A stretch of DNA of 64,000 bases from Actinomycetes bacterium (GTDB lineage Bacteria > Actinomycetota > Actinomycetes > S36-B12 > UBA5976), in the NCBI GenBank assembly GCA_038145175.1, contig JAYQPE010000005.1:25097-89096 (forward strand), read 5' to 3'. The notes beneath the pieces are model-generated. The model was not told the origin of the DNA and searched no databases. It saw nothing but the letters and a program-made list of their open reading frames with translations. Below are positions 61,738-64,000 of the stretch, piece by piece (positions within the stretch are counted from its first letter, which is position 1; each line of letters begins with the position of its first letter). A program made the translations under genes and the position numbers.

Positions 61738-63396
61738 TTACATTCTTTGTGGGGAACTTACCCCTAATAAATCCAATCCATTTGCCAAAACCTGCCTGGT
61801 GGCATCACACAACATCAGGCGAGCGTAATTTTCTTCGGTTGCTTCTTCGTCCACTTGGGGAAGCACTCGACAGGCTGCATAAAAAGAGTGATAGCAAGTA
61901 GCAAGTTCTTCTAAATATCTTGCAACTCTGTGAGGTTGTCTTAGTTGTGCGGCTGTTGTGACAATTCTTGGAAATTCGCTTAGAGCAGTTAATAAATCTG
62001 TTTCTTGACTAGTGGTTAAAACTTCAGGTTTAAATTTGTTGTTTAACCAATTCAGATTTTTTTCTTGTGCTGTTCTTAATACTGAACTAATACGCGCATG
62101 CGCATATTGAACATAAAAAACTGGATTATCGTTTGTGTGAGAAGTAAGTAATTCAATTTCTAAAGTAAGTGGAGTATCAACTGGATATCTAATCAATGAA
62201 TATCTAGCTGCATCCACACCAACTTCTTCAACTAAATCTTCCAAAGTGATCATGTTTCCAGCGCGCTTACTTAGTCTTACTTCTTGACCATTCTTAAACA
62301 TTTTTACAAGTTGACCAATTAAAACTTCAATGTTTTTATCCGGATCATCTCCAGCGCAAGCTGCAACAGCTCGAAGTCTGTTTACATAACCATGATGATC
62401 TGCCCCTAAGAGATAAATATTTACGTCATAGCCTCTGTTTCTTTTATCAACGTAGTAAGCAGTGTCTGAAGCAAAATATGTGTATTCCCCATCTGCTTTG
62501 ATTAGAACCCGGTCTTTATCGTCAAAGAAATCAGTTGTTCTAAGCCATAAAGCTCCATCTTTTTCAAAAACGTGACCGTGTTGTTTAAGTCTTTCTAGAC
62601 CTTTTTCAACAGCGTTTGAATCATGTAAAGAACGTTCCGAATACCAGACATCAAAATTTGTACGAAAATTAACTAATACATCTTGTTGTTGTTTTAATTG
62701 TTTCTTATATCCCGCTTCTCTAAAAGAGACAATTTGTTCATGTTTACTTTGTTTTAAGAATTCTGGATGTTCTTGAATAATTTCTTTTGATATTTCCTTT
62801 ACATAAGAACCGTGATAACCATCTTCTGGAATTGGTAATTCATTTGCTGCAGCGTAAATAGATTCGCCAAATTTATCTAACTGAATTCCGCGATCATTTA
62901 TATAAAATTCCCTAACTACTTTTGCCCCACTTGCAGCAAGAACTCTGGCAATCGCATCGCCGACTGCTGCCCAACGGGTGTGGCCTAAATGAAGTGGGCC
63001 AGTTGGATTTGCACTTATAAATTCAACATTTATGATTTGATTTTTTAAAGTATCAGTTTTACCAAAATCTTTACCTTGCTCAACAATTACTCGAGCAAGT
63101 TCACCTAAACTTGCTGTATCTAAAGTGAAGTTCAAAAATCCAGGTCCAGCTATTTCAATCTTTTTGATACTTTTTTCTACTTTTAATTCATCTATCAATA
63201 GTTGTGCAACTTCTCTTGGATTTTTTCCAGTAGGTTTAGCCAGCGCTAAAGCAATGTTGCTGGCAAAATCCCCATGATCTTTACTTTTTGGTCTTTCAAT
63301 TTTTATCTCAGGCAATTCAACTAATTCAATTTTCTTGGCAGCAATTAATGACTTCGTAGCTTTACTTATTAAATTGCTGAGTTCTTCTGGAGTCAT
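61738..63396 (-). CDS. argS: arginine--tRNA ligase
   Basis: HIGH-type motif (PTGPLHLGH), 552 aa, and a C-terminal anticodon-binding domain ending ...SPQRM. Confidence 0.96.
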   Translation of the reverse strand: MTPEELSNLISKATKSLIAAKKIELVELPEIKIERPKSKDHGDFASNIALALAKPTGKNPREVAQLLIDELKVEKSIKKIEIAGPGFLNFTLDTASLGELARVIVEQGKDFGKTDTLKNQIINVEFISANPTGPLHLGHTRWAAVGDAIARVLAASGAKVVREFYINDRGIQLDKFGESIYAAANELPIPEDGYHGSYVKEISKEIIQEHPEFLKQSKHEQIVSFREAGYKKQLKQQQDVLVNFRTNFDVWYSERSLHDSNAVEKGLERLKQHGHVFEKDGALWLRTTDFFDDKDRVLIKADGEYTYFASDTAYYVDKRNRGYDVNIYLLGADHHGYVNRLRAVAACAGDDPDKNIEVLIGQLVKMFKNGQEVRLSKRAGNMITLEDLVEEVGVDAARYSLIRYPVDTPLTLEIELLTSHTNDNPVFYVQYAHARISSVLRTAQEKNLNWLNNKFKPEVLTTSQETDLLTALSEFPRIVTTAAQLRQPHRVARYLEELATCYHSFYAACRVLPQVDEEATEENYARLMLCDATRQVLANGLDLLGVSSPQRM

Positions 63397-63432
63397 GTAC
63401 CAATCGTAGGCAGTTGCTCAGTTAGAAATAGT

Positions 63433-63723
63433 TTGCGCCATACTCTTATTTATATGTGGAAAATCGCTTTTCAGAAAAAATGGATCCTTTTTCATATCGC
63501 TACTATCGTCGGAATAGTTTTTTGTCTAAGACTTGGGCTATGGCAGTGGATTAGAAGAGAAAGAATTGATCAAGTCACTGGAGATGTAGTGATCAATCTG
63601 CAAAGTACTTTTTATGCTTTTCAATGGATCTTTTTTGCACTTGCCCTTGCATGGTTTTGGTATAGATTCTTTAAAGATGAATATTTAGTTAGTATTGGAC
63701 AGTTGAAGAAAGGTGGCAAGTAA
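63433..63723 (+). CDS. small two-TM membrane protein with SURF1-like terminal motifs
   Basis: 96 aa, TM1 ...VFCLRLGLWQWIRRE and TM2 TFYAFQWIFFALALAWFW. TTG start (ATG 63454 is the alternative). Confidence 0.55.
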   Translation: MRHTLIYMWKIAFQKKWILFHIATIVGIVFCLRLGLWQWIRRERIDQVTGDVVINLQSTFYAFQWIFFALALAWFWYRFFKDEYLVSIGQLKKGGK

Positions 63724-64000
63724 TTGGAAAAAGCATTAACAAGATACAGCTTTATTGCCTACCTTGCTGGTGTGGTTTTAGTTTTATTCACTATAGAAAT
63801 AATTATTAAATACACACTTGGACCTGAAATCCCATGGTTTGCACAAGTGCATGGCATTGTTTACATGGTTTATTTAGTTTTTGGTTTTGATATTTCTAGA
63901 AAAGCAAATCTGACTTGGGGACAAACTTTGTTAGTTTTATTAGCAGGCACAATTCCTGTTATGAGTTTTGTTGCTGAAAGAAAAATCCGACGGCGGGTAT
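63724..64000 (+). CDS. DUF3817-family membrane protein (3'-partial at window end)
   Basis: My translation from TTG 63724: LEKALTRYSFIAYLAGVVLVLFTIEIIIKYTLGPEIPWFAQVHGIVYMVYLVFGFDISRKANLTWGQTLLVLLAGTIPVMSFVAERK. It is not in the ORF track because it runs off the window. Confidence 0.7.
   Translation, partial: MEKALTRYSFIAYLAGVVLVLFTIEIIIKYTLGPEIPWFAQVHGIVYMVYLVFGFDISRKANLTWGQTLLVLLAGTIPVMSFVAERKIRRRV

Overview
This is a dense, AT-rich core-genome segment, with only short intergenic gaps and most genes on the minus strand. It looks like a streamlined low-GC actinobacterium. That assignment is an inference from NucS, HU with a Lys/Ala tail, Rho with an Arg/Asp-rich insertion, MurA with Asp at the fosfomycin-target position, and gene order. 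From memory, the order matches two conserved Mycobacterium blocks. The first is recG-rpmB-thiL-ddl-gpsA-hupB-leuDC-gltX-leuB-serA-ilvCNB-gatBAC-ligA-mnmA-iscS. At about 33.6 kb it abuts the second, trx-nucS-murA-atpCDGAHFEB-wecA-tsaC-prmC-prfA-rpmE-rho-thrBC-hom-lysA-argS. I call 65 protein genes (2 partial at the window edges), 2 tRNAs (Glu-CUC, Gln-CUG), several orientation-specific hairpin terminators and 3 short leader ORFs. I found no CRISPR array, transposase, integrase, phage, toxin-antitoxin or recognisable defence genes, and I do not see a novel multi-gene accessory system. The most interesting signal is regulatory. Three GC-rich leaders each carry a tiny ORF with a run of one branched-chain amino acid: Ile-Ile-Ile before cimA, Leu-Leu-Leu before leuA and Val-Val-Val before ilvBNC. 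The cimA and ilvB leaders are followed by stem-loops with U tracts. The Ile leader on citramalate synthase is the one I am not aware of having been described. Secondary items are a low-GC LuxR-type gene with an unassigned N-terminal domain next to a BldC-like small DNA-binding gene, lldD wedged between two tRNAs behind a perfect 14-bp palindrome, a 96-aa two-TM protein with SURF1-like end motifs, and convergent genes that share TTAA stop codons with no terminator between them. All calls come from reading translations and motifs by eye; no searches or folding programs were run.
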